Shown: piece after piece, positions 18,395-28,621 of the stretch
Layout of the letters: each line of letters opens with the position of its first letter
How positions within the stretch are numbered: the first letter of the stretch is position 1
NCBI RefSeq assembly: GCF_000039765.1
Contig: NC_004459.3
Coordinates: forward strand, 1,590,001 to 1,622,000
DNA: 32,000 nt
Direction: 5' to 3'
Source of the DNA: Vibrio vulnificus CMCP6
Lineage (GTDB): Bacteria; Pseudomonadota; Gammaproteobacteria; Enterobacterales; Vibrionaceae
Program-made: the position numbers and the translations under genes
Notes under the pieces: generated by a model
What the model was told of the DNA's origin: nothing
The model's database searches: none
The model's input: the letters and a program-made list of their open reading frames with translations, nothing else

Positions 18395-19318
18395 ATGTAT
18401 GCATTACAAATTGAGCAGCTACGAAAAACGTATGCTGGAGGCTTCGAGGCGCTAAAAGGCATCAGTTTAGGCGTACAAGAAGGGGATTTTTATGCGCTGC
18501 TGGGGCCAAATGGCGCGGGGAAATCCACCACAATAGGCGTGATTTCTTCTCTGGTGAACAAAACATCGGGCAACGTCAAAGTTTTTGGTTACGACATTGA
18601 TCGCGATTTGGAGTTGGCAAAGCAGCATCTTGGCTTGGTACCACAAGAGTTTAACTTCAACCAGTTTGAAACCGTGGAGCAGATCGTGTTGCAGCAGGCG
18701 GGTTATTACGGTGTGTCGCGTGAACTCGCCAAGCAACGAGCAGAGAAGTATCTGACTAAGCTCGATTTGTGGGAAAAGCGCAAAGAGCGAGCAAGAAATC
18801 TTTCTGGTGGGATGAAGCGTCGTCTGATGATCGCACGTGCTCTGATGCATGAACCTAAACTGCTGATTTTAGATGAGCCAACGGCGGGTGTTGATATCGA
18901 GCTGCGTCGTTCAATGTGGGAGTTTCTCAAAGAGATCAATCAAAAGCAGGGCATTACCATCATTTTGACCACTCACTATTTGGAAGAGGCTGAAATGCTG
19001 TGCCGCAATATCGGCATCATCAACCGAGGTGAGTTAATTGAAAACACCACGATGAAGTCTTTGCTGGCTAAGTTAGATGTGGAAACGTTCATTTTGGATC
19101 TTGCCCCAAATTCGCCGATGCCTTGTTTGGAAGGTGTGGTCTCATCTCGTGTTGAAAATGATTCTTTGGAGATTGAAGTGGAGAAAACCCAGCCGTTAAA
19201 CCATGTGTTCAGTCAGTTGAGTGAGCAGGGGGTAATGGTCATGTCGATGCGCAATAAAGCCAATCGCTTAGAAGAGCTGTTTGTGAACATCGTGCGTGAA
19301 CAGGTGAAGGAGAAGTAA
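18395..19318 (+). CDS. yadG: ABC transporter ATP-binding protein (YadG-like)
   Basis: Walker A LLGPNGAGKSTTI, signature LSGGMKRRLMIARALMHEPKLLILDEPTAGVD, H-loop TTHYLEEAE. Arranged can-(sulP)-yadG-yadH. Confidence 0.92.
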   Translation: MYALQIEQLRKTYAGGFEALKGISLGVQEGDFYALLGPNGAGKSTTIGVISSLVNKTSGNVKVFGYDIDRDLELAKQHLGLVPQEFNFNQFETVEQIVLQQAGYYGVSRELAKQRAEKYLTKLDLWEKRKERARNLSGGMKRRLMIARALMHEPKLLILDEPTAGVDIELRRSMWEFLKEINQKQGITIILTTHYLEEAEMLCRNIGIINRGELIENTTMKSLLAKLDVETFILDLAPNSPMPCLEGVVSSRVENDSLEIEVEKTQPLNHVFSQLSEQGVMVMSMRNKANRLEELFVNIVREQVKEK

Positions 19319-19319
19319 T

Positions 19320-20090
19320 ATGTATCGTCTTTATTGGACGGCTTTTTGTAGCCTGTTAACCAAAGAGATTAACCGCTTTACTCGTATTTGGGTACAAACC
19401 TTGGTCCCGCCTGCGATCACGATGACGCTTTATTTTATTATTTTCGGGAGCTTGATTGGTTCGCGGATTGGTGAAATGAACGGTTTCAGTTACATGGAAT
19501 ATATCGTACCTGGTTTGATCATGATGTCGGTGATTACTAACTCTTATTCCAACGTCGCTTCATCATTCTTTAGTGCCAAATTTCAGCGTAATATCGAAGA
19601 GTTGCTAGTGGCACCCGTGCCAAATTACGTGATTATTTTGGGTTTTGTCATGGGCGGTGTCGCTCGTGGTTTGCTAGTGGGCGCCATGGTTACCATGGTC
19701 TCTTTGCTGTTCGTTGATTTGCAAGTTGAGCATTGGGGAATCATCATTGCGACGGTCTTTTTGACGTCGGTGGTCTTTTCGTTAGGTGGTTTGATCAACG
19801 CTGTTTTTGCCCGAACGTTTGACGATATTTCGATTATCCCTACGTTTGTGCTCACGCCATTGACCTATCTTGGCGGTGTTTTCTACTCCATTCAGTTATT
19901 GCCAGAGTTTTGGCAAGGGGTGTCGCAGATCAACCCGATTGTCTATATGGTTAACGCGTTTCGTTATGGTTTCCTTGGTGTTTCTGACGTGGGGATCGCT
20001 ACATCGTTTACGGTGCTAAGTGCGTTTGTTGTCTTACTTTATGGCGTGGCGCACTACTTAGTGACACGTGGTATCGGCTTGCGTTCTTAA
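19320..20090 (+). CDS. yadH: ABC-2 type transporter permease (YadH-like)
   Basis: Multi-TM ABC-2 permease: IVPGLIMMSVITNSYSNVASSFFSAKFQRNIEELLVAPVPNYVIILGFVMGG. One nt separates it from the ATPase stop. Confidence 0.92.
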   Translation: MYRLYWTAFCSLLTKEINRFTRIWVQTLVPPAITMTLYFIIFGSLIGSRIGEMNGFSYMEYIVPGLIMMSVITNSYSNVASSFFSAKFQRNIEELLVAPVPNYVIILGFVMGGVARGLLVGAMVTMVSLLFVDLQVEHWGIIIATVFLTSVVFSLGGLINAVFARTFDDISIIPTFVLTPLTYLGGVFYSIQLLPEFWQGVSQINPIVYMVNAFRYGFLGVSDVGIATSFTVLSAFVVLLYGVAHYLVTRGIGLRS

Positions 20091-20121
20091 CGAAAACGAA
20101 TGTTCAGTTCACAGATAGCAA

Positions 20122-20148
20122 AAAGGGATTGCCGATGGCAATCCCTTT
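20122..20148. terminator. Bidirectional intrinsic terminator between the ABC permease gene and panC
   Basis: AAAGGGATTGCC-gat-GGCAATCCCTTT. Confidence 0.82.
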
Positions 20149-20187
20149 ATTCTTTGTACGGGAAGTGTTTAGGTCAGTAATGAGACA

Positions 20188-21093
20188 TCAGTGACTGTTT
20201 TCACTTTCTGACTCGGCGCTGTCGACTTCTTCTTTGCTGTCTTTCACCAACTCAACCACTTGATTGTCGATCAGGCGAGCTTTGCCCAAGAAAGCGGACA
20301 TCAGAATAACGGCTTGCGTGCTCTCCGCGTTGACCACTTGTAGAGTACGTGCATCACGGATGAAAATTTCATCTGGGTGCAAGCCTGCGGCGCGCAATTG
20401 ATCGCTGGCGTCTTCGATGATCGAAGCAAAGTCGTCACGGCCACCACGGATAGCACTGCTGATCCAACGCATGGTACGAGCCAAGACAGGCGCACGTTGG
20501 CGCTCATCAATGGTCAATAAGCCATTGCGAGAGCTCATGGCAAGGCCATCCATTTCACGCACGGTAGGAACACCAATAATCTCAATGTCCATTGCCAAAT
20601 CGGTGGTCATTTTGCGAATGATAGCAAGCTGTTGGAAATCTTTTTCACCAAAGCAAGCCACATCCGGCTGAACAATGTTAAATAGCTTAGTAACCACTGT
20701 CGCAACGCCGCGGAAATGGCCTGGGCGCGATGCCCCTTCCAGCATGGTTGATAAGCCGGGGACTTCAACGAGAGTCTGCTTATCCAAGCCTTCTGGGTAG
20801 ATCATTTCAGGTGTTGGAGTAAAGACCAGTTCAACCGCTTCACCGTTGAGTTTACTGAGATCGTCTTCCAAGGTTCTTGGATAATTATTTAAATCGTCAG
20901 CGCGATCAAACTGCATTGGGTTGACAAAAATACTGACGACCACGATATCAGCGTGCTCACGTGCTTTGCGCACGAGCGTTAAGTGGCCTTCATGTAAATT
21001 GCCCATGGTTGGAACAAAAGCAATTCGACGTCCTTCGCGTTTGAACGTTTTGATCTGTTCACGAAGGGCTGAAATTTCGGCAAAGGTTTGCAT
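20188..21093 (-). CDS. panC: Pantoate--beta-alanine ligase
   Basis: [37 protein letters not shown]; [16 protein letters not shown]; GLAMSSRN. Confidence 0.96.
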   Translation of the reverse strand: MQTFAEISALREQIKTFKREGRRIAFVPTMGNLHEGHLTLVRKAREHADIVVVSIFVNPMQFDRADDLNNYPRTLEDDLSKLNGEAVELVFTPTPEMIYPEGLDKQTLVEVPGLSTMLEGASRPGHFRGVATVVTKLFNIVQPDVACFGEKDFQQLAIIRKMTTDLAMDIEIIGVPTVREMDGLAMSSRNGLLTIDERQRAPVLARTMRWISSAIRGGRDDFASIIEDASDQLRAAGLHPDEIFIRDARTLQVVNAESTQAVILMSAFLGKARLIDNQVVELVKDSKEEVDSAESESENSH

Positions 21094-21105
21094 CTACATT
21101 ATCCT

Positions 21106-21900
21106 CTAAGCAATGGTGTGCGCTTCATCAGGGAAGGTGCCTGCTTGTACTTGTTCCATGTACAGCGCCACGGCTTTGCGCATATCTCCTGTTTCTGCCA
21201 GGAAATTTTTCGAGAATTTTGGCATGTAATTGGCTGAAATACCAAACATATCGTGCATCACGAGGATTTGGCCATCGGTGACATTTCCAGCGCCAATACC
21301 AATCACGGGTACATCCAGCACTTGAGTAATTCGTGCTGCTAGCTCAGCAGGTACACACTCAAGTAGAACGATTTGTGCGCCTGCCGCTTGCAACGCCAGT
21401 GCATCTTTGACCATGCGATCGGCTTTTTCCTGATCGCGGCCTTGCACTTTGTAACCACCAAAAATATTAACGGATTGTGGTGTTAAACCGAGGTGGGCAC
21501 ACACTGGAACCGCACGCTCTGTGAGCATTTTTACCGTATCAACCAGCCAATCGCCACCTTCGATTTTGACCATGTTGGCGCCCGCTCGCATTAATTGCGC
21601 CGCGTTTTCACAGGCTTGCTCTGGTGTGGCGTAACTCATAAATGGCATATCCGCCATCAATAGACAATTTGGGCTACCCGCACGAACACAGCGTGTGTGG
21701 TAAGCAATGTCTTCAACAGTCACTGGAAGCGTGTCATTTTTGCCTTGCAACACCATACCAAGAGAGTCGCCGACCAGTAACACTGGCATTTCTTGGCTCT
21801 CAAAAAGTTGCGCAAAACTTGCATCGTATGCTGTTGAAGTCGCAAATTTACGACCTTCCTGCTTCCACTTAATCAGGTCATTAATGGTGATTTTTTTCAT
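21106..21900 (-). CDS. panB: 3-methyl-2-oxobutanoate hydroxymethyltransferase
   Basis: [75 protein letters not shown]. Confidence 0.96.
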
Positions 21901-21923
21901 GATTTTTCCTTACCAGGATTTGG

Positions 21924-22409
21924 CTATGAATGCCAAATGCCGAGGCCATTCTTATCCACTATTGTGAGAAGTTGAGATAGCTCGGTCCCATCAGGGAGGG
22001 TTAAATTTGGTGCGATTTCAGCGAGCGGGTAGAGCACGAACTCGCGCTCCTTCATTCCGTAGTGAGGAATGGTCAATCGCTCGGAGTCGATCACCTCATC
22101 GCCGTAAAGAATAATATCTAAATCGAGGGTTCTTGGGCCCCAACGTTCTTCTTTACGGACACGCCCTTGTTCCAGTTCAATGGCTTGAGTGCAATCGAGC
22201 AGTTCCAACGGCGTTAATTCGGTTTCTATAGCAGCGACCGCATTGATGTAGTCTGGCTGATCTTGCGGGCCCATCGGGGAGCTGCTGTAGAGCTGTGAAG
22301 CGACAAGAAGGCGCGATTTTGGCAGCGTTTTTAGTGCATCAATGGCGCTCTTGGCTTGGCTAACAGGATCGGCAAGATTACTGCCAATGGCAATATAGGC
22401 AGTAATCAT
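21924..22409 (-). CDS. folK: 2-amino-4-hydroxy-6-hydroxymethyldihydropteridine pyrophosphokinase
   Basis: AYIAIGSNLADP, SSPMGPQDQPDYINAVAAIET, RWGPRTLDLDIILYG, LTIPHYGMKEREFVLYPLAEI. Confidence 0.95.
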   Translation of the reverse strand: MITAYIAIGSNLADPVSQAKSAIDALKTLPKSRLLVASQLYSSSPMGPQDQPDYINAVAAIETELTPLELLDCTQAIELEQGRVRKEERWGPRTLDLDIILYGDEVIDSERLTIPHYGMKEREFVLYPLAEIAPNLTLPDGTELSQLLTIVDKNGLGIWHS

Positions 22410-23797
22410 GATTTGGCTTTGCTCTTTTTCTTATTAAAAGAACGACGCTTACGGCCGGATTTTGAACTGCCAGCAGGGCCTTCGAGATCGTTTACCATCG
22501 CTAGGCGCATTTCACGACCTGCATTTTGGAACGTGCCCCACCACTTGGCCAATGTTGCCGTTTCACCGCCTTCGATCTCTCCTCGCATTTCTAGGAAGTC
22601 AAAACCAGCACGGAATTTGTTGAGTTCCATTAGGCGGAAAGCACGTTTACCGTTGCGACGAGGTAGACGCAGTTGCAGTTGCCAAATTTCACGGATGGTC
22701 GCGGTGTGGCGGCGCGGAATAGCTATCGAGCGCACCTGTTCATCAAGGATCAGGTTGCTCGCTTCCATGACGGCGTCGTAGTGACACAAATTGTGGCTAT
22801 CCATCAATTTGTCTGCCAGCTCAAGCAGCGGATACCACAGCATAGCCGCAAACATGTAAGCGGGATTAATGCGCTTGCCTTCTTCGACACGAATGTCAGT
22901 GGAATCTAAGACTAAGTCCAACATCTGCTCAGCTTTGGAAGAGTAATCCTCGGTGAAATAAGCTGAGATCGCTGGGAACATTTGTTGGAATAGATTGTAT
23001 TCACGCATGAGGTGATACGTTTCCAAGCCATGGCCCGATTGCAGTAGCTTAAGCGATTCTTCGTATAAACGCGCGGCAGGGATGTCTCTTAACAAGTACG
23101 CCATCTCTTCAATCGGTGCGGCCGTGTCTTCTTCGATATCGAAGTCGAGCTTGGCGGCAAATCGAATCGCGCGAAGCATACGTACAGGATCTTCACGATA
23201 GCGAGTCTCAGGATCGCCAATTAAGCGTACTAAGCGATCTTCAAGGTCTTCAACACCACCTGCATAATCATGGATCGAGTAATCTGCAATGTTGTAGTAC
23301 ATCGCATTGATGGTGAAGTCACGTCGTTCAGCATCTTCATCAATGGTGCCATACACGTTATCACGCAACAGCATGCCTTCTTTTGACTGCTGGGAGATCT
23401 GCGAATTGGCATCTTGGTGGTGTCCACGGAACGTGGCCACTTCAATGATTTCGCGACCAAACATGATATGCGCTAGTCGAAAGCGGCGACCAATCAGGCG
23501 GCAGTTACGGAATAACTGCTTTAGCTGCTCAGGTGTCGCGTTGGTTGCAATATCAAAATCTTTTGGGCTTTGTCCCAGCAGTAAATCACGTACGCCACCG
23601 CCAACAAGATAAGCGTCGAAGCCGGCACCATGAAGTCGGTACAGTACTTTTAGCGCATGGTCGCTAATCTGCTTGCGCGAAATATTGTGCTCTTGACGAG
23701 TAATGACATTTAAAGCGAGTTCCGGACACGTGGTGGAATCGCATGTTGTATATTCGTTTTTATTCATGTGCATCTGGCAACAGTGAATGATCATCAC
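22406..23797 (-). CDS. pcnB: Poly(A) polymerase I
   Basis: NISRKQISDHALKVLYRLHGAGFDAYLVGGGVRDLLLGQSPKDFDIATNATPEQLKQLFRNCRLIGRRFRLAHIMF and the basic C-terminus SGRKRRSFNKKKSKAKS. The N-terminal start is uncertain. Confidence 0.94.
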   Translation of the reverse strand: MMIIHCCQMHMNKNEYTTCDSTTCPELALNVITRQEHNISRKQISDHALKVLYRLHGAGFDAYLVGGGVRDLLLGQSPKDFDIATNATPEQLKQLFRNCRLIGRRFRLAHIMFGREIIEVATFRGHHQDANSQISQQSKEGMLLRDNVYGTIDEDAERRDFTINAMYYNIADYSIHDYAGGVEDLEDRLVRLIGDPETRYREDPVRMLRAIRFAAKLDFDIEEDTAAPIEEMAYLLRDIPAARLYEESLKLLQSGHGLETYHLMREYNLFQQMFPAISAYFTEDYSSKAEQMLDLVLDSTDIRVEEGKRINPAYMFAAMLWYPLLELADKLMDSHNLCHYDAVMEASNLILDEQVRSIAIPRRHTATIREIWQLQLRLPRRNGKRAFRLMELNKFRAGFDFLEMRGEIEGGETATLAKWWGTFQNAGREMRLAMVNDLEGPAGSSKSGRKRRSFNKKKSKAKS

Positions 23798-23852
23798 TTT
23801 GCATGGGTTAGTTTTTACGCCGATTTGGCCTGAATTTGCGCCCTATAATAGC

Positions 23853-24734
23853 TCACGCCGTGCCATTTGAGAATCGCGCCGTGATTTCTAGCGATTCGGG
23901 CAACTGATTTAAGCGCCAATTTTGTACACCCCAATGCAGAATTTCATCCAAATTGGCCTGATGAAGTTCTTTGGGAATGGCAAAACCTAGAAACGCCATC
24001 GCTTCAAGAATCATAGAGGCTGGATGTGTCAAATCAATGCCAGTGGCATGATTTTGTTTGGAGAGTTTGTTGCCATTTTTATCCATTGCCAGTGGCAAGT
24101 GCAAATATCGGACAGGAACTTGACCAAGCATGCGGTATAAGCTGATTTGACGACCGGTTGGTTCGATTAAATCAGCGCCACGCACCACTTCGGTCACACC
24201 CTGATCGATATCGTCCAATACCACTGCAAGATTATAGGCAAACAAACCATCACGGCGCTTGATGATGAAATCTTCTTGCGCGAGTTCGAGAGGAATGTGC
24301 ATCTGCCCATGACGAAGATCGTCAAAATGAGTGATTGGCTGCGTCATTTTGAGACGAATAGCCCCTGCATCCAAATGCAATTCTTGGCAATGGCCGTTGT
24401 AATAGCCACCCATTTCTTTGATCTGCTTGCGACTGCACTGGCAGTAATAGGCTTGGCCACTTTGCAGCCAGTGGTCAATTTGCGCTTGATAGAGGTGATG
24501 ACGCTGGCTTTGGTAAACCACTTCACCATCCCAAAATAAGTGATAAGTTTCGAGCGTTTTTAAAATCAAATCCGCCGCCCCCGGCATTTCTCGAGGCGGA
24601 TCGAGATCTTCAATGCGCACTAACCACTGACCATGTTGAGATTTGGCTTGAAAGTAGCTGCCTAAAGCAGCAATCAAAGAGCCAAAATGCAATGGGCCTG
24701 ATGGGGAAGGGGCAAAACGACCGATGTAGCTCAT
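23853..24734 (-). CDS. gluQ: Glutamyl-Q tRNA(Asp) synthetase
   Basis: MSYIGRFAPSPSGPLHFGSLIAALGSY...LVRIEDLDPPRE, KLSKQNHA. GluRS-like catalytic domain without an anticodon-binding domain, immediately after dksA. The likely start is internal (MSYIGRF). Confidence 0.94.
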   Translation of the reverse strand: MSYIGRFAPSPSGPLHFGSLIAALGSYFQAKSQHGQWLVRIEDLDPPREMPGAADLILKTLETYHLFWDGEVVYQSQRHHLYQAQIDHWLQSGQAYYCQCSRKQIKEMGGYYNGHCQELHLDAGAIRLKMTQPITHFDDLRHGQMHIPLELAQEDFIIKRRDGLFAYNLAVVLDDIDQGVTEVVRGADLIEPTGRQISLYRMLGQVPVRYLHLPLAMDKNGNKLSKQNHATGIDLTHPASMILEAMAFLGFAIPKELHQANLDEILHWGVQNWRLNQLPESLEITARFSNGTA

Positions 24735-24754
24735 GGATGTCATCTCAAAACAAA

Positions 24755-24774
24755 AAGGGAGCATCAGCTCCCTT
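24755..24774 (-). terminator. Intrinsic terminator/attenuator between dksA and gluQ
   Basis: AAGGGAGC-atca-GCTCCCTT; the - strand transcript is followed by TTTTTG. Confidence 0.7.
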
Positions 24775-24796
24775 AATCATGTTAGGCAGGTTATTC

Positions 24797-25243
24797 TTAA
24801 CCTTGCATTTGCTTCTCTTTGATCTCTGCAAGCGTTTTACAGTCGATACAAAGATCGGCAGTTGGGCGTGCTTCTAAACGGCGAATGCCGATTTCCACAC
24901 CACAAGATTCACAGAAACCGAAATCATCATCTTTGATTTTATCCAGCGTCTTCTCAATTTTCTTGATCAGGCGGCGCTCGCGGTCACGGTTACGCAGTTC
25001 TAGGCTGAATTCTTCTTCTTGAGAGGCACGGTCAACTGGGTCAGGAAAATTCGCCGCTTCGTCCTGCATGTGGTGAACAGTACGGTCAACTTCTTCCCTA
25101 AGCTGATTACGCCAAGCTTCTAAAATCTTTCTAAAGTGAGCCACTTGGTCTGGTGACATGTATTCTTCACCAGCTTTTTCCTGATATGGCTCCACACCTG
25201 CAATGGCTAGGATGCCTAGCGTTTTTTTCTTCGATTCTGGCAT
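24797..25243 (-). CDS. dksA: RNA polymerase-binding transcription factor DksA
   Basis: [39 protein letters not shown]; Zn finger [30 protein letters not shown]. Confidence 0.97.
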   Translation of the reverse strand: MPESKKKTLGILAIAGVEPYQEKAGEEYMSPDQVAHFRKILEAWRNQLREEVDRTVHHMQDEAANFPDPVDRASQEEEFSLELRNRDRERRLIKKIEKTLDKIKDDDFGFCESCGVEIGIRRLEARPTADLCIDCKTLAEIKEKQMQG

Positions 25244-25375
25244 ACAGCATCTCCTACTTACACCTAGTCAACTGCTAAGCAGCTAATTTAAGGCGGGTAT
25301 CTATAGCAGAAAGAGGCGGTGCTGGCAAACTATCAATCGTAAACTTAACGTCAATGTGAAGACCACATCATTTTT

Positions 25376-26092
25376 CTAGCTATTGTTAAACGCAATAGCA
25401 GAATTGAGTTTGATTTCAGTATTGCTGATCTCTGCTTTATAGCAGAGGACTTCAACTCCGGCTTTTTGTGCTTGTTTGAGTAATTGGGAATATTTGGCGT
25501 CTATATGGAGCGCCGCAGCAACTTTTTCAATACCTGAATGTAAAACAGCAAATAAAAGTATGGCTCTACTTCCATTTTGTGCCATTTCTGTGAGCTCTCG
25601 CAGGTGTTTTTGTCCACGGGTGGTCACTGCATCAGGAAAGAAGCCTTGTCCAGGCTCGGTGTCATCTAGCAAGGTGACACTCTTTACTTCTATATAGCAC
25701 GCTGGTCGGTCGCTTGCGCTGAGCAAGATATCAATTCGACTATTTTCATGACCATATTTCACTTCAGTTTGAAGTCGCTCATACCCTGAGAGCTCTTTAA
25801 TCCAGCCTTGCTCAATGGCTTCCACCGCGAGTTGGTTGGCGCGAATGGTATTGACACAGATAAGATGACCCTGCTCCGTTTCTGTAATTTCCCAACTGTG
25901 GGGGTATTTTCGTTTGGTGTTGTTGGAAGTGGAATACCACACTTTATCACCAGGGGTTGCGCAACCAGTCATAGCGCCGGTATTGGCACAATGAATCGTG
26001 CCTGTATCGCCGCTTTGATAGGTCACATCGGCGAGAAAGCGTTTATAGCGTTTTTGTAATAGGGCGCAATCTAGCGCGGGTTCGAAATGCAT
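25376..26092 (-). CDS. sfsA: Sugar fermentation stimulation protein homolog SfsA
   Basis: [72 protein letters not shown]. Confidence 0.94.
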   Translation of the reverse strand: MHFEPALDCALLQKRYKRFLADVTYQSGDTGTIHCANTGAMTGCATPGDKVWYSTSNNTKRKYPHSWEITETEQGHLICVNTIRANQLAVEAIEQGWIKELSGYERLQTEVKYGHENSRIDILLSASDRPACYIEVKSVTLLDDTEPGQGFFPDAVTTRGQKHLRELTEMAQNGSRAILLFAVLHSGIEKVAAALHIDAKYSQLLKQAQKAGVEVLCYKAEISNTEIKLNSAIAFNNS

Positions 26093-26125
26093 TTGCTTAT
26101 TTAGACGAGTGGGTTTTTATGTACA

Positions 26126-28621
26126 ATGTGGCCGCCATTTAAGCATAAGGACTCAACATTGTCACAATTGCCTATCCACGCCGTGATGCCACAACTGCTT
26201 CAAGCGGTCTCGCAACATTCACAAGTCATACTCAAAGCCGCACCTGGTGCGGGTAAATCCACTTATTTCCCTTTGCAGTTGCTGCTGAGTAATGAATTCA
26301 GCGGAAAAATCGTGATGCTTGAGCCACGACGCTTGGCGGCGCGCAATATTGCTCGCTATTTGGCGCAGCAACTTGGCGAAAAAGTTGGTGAGAGAGTGGG
26401 GTATCGCGTTCGTGGCGAAAGCAAGGTTAGCCACATGACCCAGCTGGAAATCGTTACCGAAGGGATCATGACGCGCATGATCCAAAGCGATCCAGAGCTG
26501 AATGGGGTTGATGTACTGATCTTTGATGAATTTCACGAGCGTAGTTTGCATGCCGATATTGCTTTGGCGCTTGCTCTTGAAGTGCAAGAAGCGCTGCGTG
26601 ACGATCTGAAATTGGTGGTGATGTCGGCCACACTTGAGCAGCATGCTTTGCAATCTCTCATGCCTCATGCCAGTTTTATTGAATCTCAAGGTCGCAGTTA
26701 TTTGGTTGAGCAGCGCTATCAGCCGCTAAAAACGAACGACTTTTTACCCAATGTGATGGCGAAAACCATCGAGCATCTACTGGCAACGGAATCGGGCTCT
26801 TTGTTGGCGTTTCTACCAGGAGTGGCTGCGATAAAACAAGTGGCTGAGCGTTTAGAGCATCTCAGTGAGCAAGTGGTGATCTGCCCGTTGTACGGTCAGC
26901 TCTCTTTTGCTGAGCAGCAAAAGGCGATTGAGCCCGCCAAAGCCGGTGAGCGAAAGGTGGTGCTGGCGACCAACATTGCCGAAACATCGTTAACTATCGA
27001 AGGGATCCGCTTGGTCGTCGATAGCGGTTTAGAGCGGGTGGCAAAGTTTGATTTGAAAACGGAGATCACCAAGTTAGAGCAAGTGCGTATCGCGCAATCG
27101 TCAGCCATTCAGCGCGCGGGGCGTGCGGGCCGAGTGGAAGAGGGGATTTGTGTGCGCTTGTACTCTGAAAGCCAGTACCAGCAAATGGCGAGTGTGCCCC
27201 TTCCAGAGATCATGCAAGCTGATCTTGCTCCGCTGATGATGGAGCTGGCGCAATGGGGAGTCAGTGAGCCAGAACAAGTGAAGTTATTGGATATCCCCTC
27301 TTCGGCAGCGGTACGTCAGGCCAAACAACTGTTGCGGCAATTGGGATTAATCTCTGGGCACCAATTGACGAGTGAAGGACAGCTGGCGCAGCGGCTTGGT
27401 GTTGAGCCGCGTATTGCCGCCATGTTGATCGGTGCTCAGCAACGCGACGAGACGCTTTTCGCTTCAGCCTTGGCAGTGGCGGTGATGTTGGAAGAGCCTG
27501 AGCGTAACATCAGCAACGTTTGTCACAGCTTACACCGCTGGCAGCAAAGCAAGCACGGTAAGACGACGCTACTCACTCAGCGTGCCAATGCACTGGCGAA
27601 TAAACTCAATGGCACTTTCTCTTTAAAACGGGTGACCGAATCGGCTTGTGCCATTGCCGCTAGCTTGGCATTTCCCGATCGCATTGCTCAAAAACGAGGC
27701 CAACAGTTTGGCCGATATTTGATGGCAAATGGTCACGGAGCCGAGCTGCGTGAGGATGACCCTTTGGGGGGAGAAGAGTACCTTGTGGTGCTCGATCTGA
27801 TGCGTGGCCAAAAAAATGCCAGCCAGATCCAATTGGCTATCCCGCTAGACCTATCGGCTTTGCAACAAAGCAATCCAAGTTGTCTTGTGAACCACGAGCA
27901 CATTGATTGGGATGAAACCAAAGGGCGTTTACTGGCGGAAAAGCAGCGAAGAATCGGTGAACTGGTGGTGAGCAGAGAAACACTTGCTCAACCCGGAAAA
28001 GAAAAAATGACGCAAGCTTTACTCTCCTATGTCCGAAGAAAGGGGCTTGCGGTATTAGACTGGAGCGAAAAGTCCCAATCGCTACTCGAGCGTATTCGTT
28101 GTGCCATTGAGTGGTTGCCGGAACAGGCCTGGCCAGCGATGGATGATGCTAGCTTGCTCAGCGAGTTAGAGCAATGGTTGGAGCCGTATATGGCGCACGT
28201 CACAACGGTGAAAGACCTGGCTAAAATCAACCTCTGCGAAGCATTGAATGCTCGCCTTGGCTGGCCGTTGAATCAGCAATTGGATGAGTGGTTGCCTAAG
28301 TACTACACCTTACCAACTGGTACCCAACAAATGATTCGCTATCAACAAGGTGCTAACCCCGTACTTTCGGCACGCATGCAAGAGATGTTCGGTGAGCAAA
28401 GTTCGCCAACGGTGGCGCAAGGACGAGTAAAGCTCACCTTAGAGCTGCTTTCTCCTGCGCGTCGTCCTTTGCAAGTGACTCAAGACCTGGCCGGTTTTTG
28501 GGCTGGCGCTTACAAAGAAGTGCAAAAAGAGATGAAAGGTCGTTACCCTAAGCATGTTTGGCCTGACGATCCTGCCACTCACCAAGCAACCAATAAAACC
28601 AAAAGACAGTTACACTCATGA
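26126..28621 (+). CDS. hrpB: ATP-dependent helicase HrpB
   Basis: DEAH helicase: ILKAAPGAGKSTYFPLQLL, LEPRRLAARNIA, LIFDEFHERSLHADIALAL, VLATNIAETSLTIEGIRLVVDSG, QRAGRAGRVEEG. Confidence 0.95.
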   Translation: MWPPFKHKDSTLSQLPIHAVMPQLLQAVSQHSQVILKAAPGAGKSTYFPLQLLLSNEFSGKIVMLEPRRLAARNIARYLAQQLGEKVGERVGYRVRGESKVSHMTQLEIVTEGIMTRMIQSDPELNGVDVLIFDEFHERSLHADIALALALEVQEALRDDLKLVVMSATLEQHALQSLMPHASFIESQGRSYLVEQRYQPLKTNDFLPNVMAKTIEHLLATESGSLLAFLPGVAAIKQVAERLEHLSEQVVICPLYGQLSFAEQQKAIEPAKAGERKVVLATNIAETSLTIEGIRLVVDSGLERVAKFDLKTEITKLEQVRIAQSSAIQRAGRAGRVEEGICVRLYSESQYQQMASVPLPEIMQADLAPLMMELAQWGVSEPEQVKLLDIPSSAAVRQAKQLLRQLGLISGHQLTSEGQLAQRLGVEPRIAAMLIGAQQRDETLFASALAVAVMLEEPERNISNVCHSLHRWQQSKHGKTTLLTQRANALANKLNGTFSLKRVTESACAIAASLAFPDRIAQKRGQQFGRYLMANGHGAELREDDPLGGEEYLVVLDLMRGQKNASQIQLAIPLDLSALQQSNPSCLVNHEHIDWDETKGRLLAEKQRRIGELVVSRETLAQPGKEKMTQALLSYVRRKGLAVLDWSEKSQSLLERIRCAIEWLPEQAWPAMDDASLLSELEQWLEPYMAHVTTVKDLAKINLCEALNARLGWPLNQQLDEWLPKYYTLPTGTQQMIRYQQGANPVLSARMQEMFGEQSSPTVAQGRVKLTLELLSPARRPLQVTQDLAGFWAGAYKEVQKEMKGRYPKHVWPDDPATHQATNKTKRQLHS

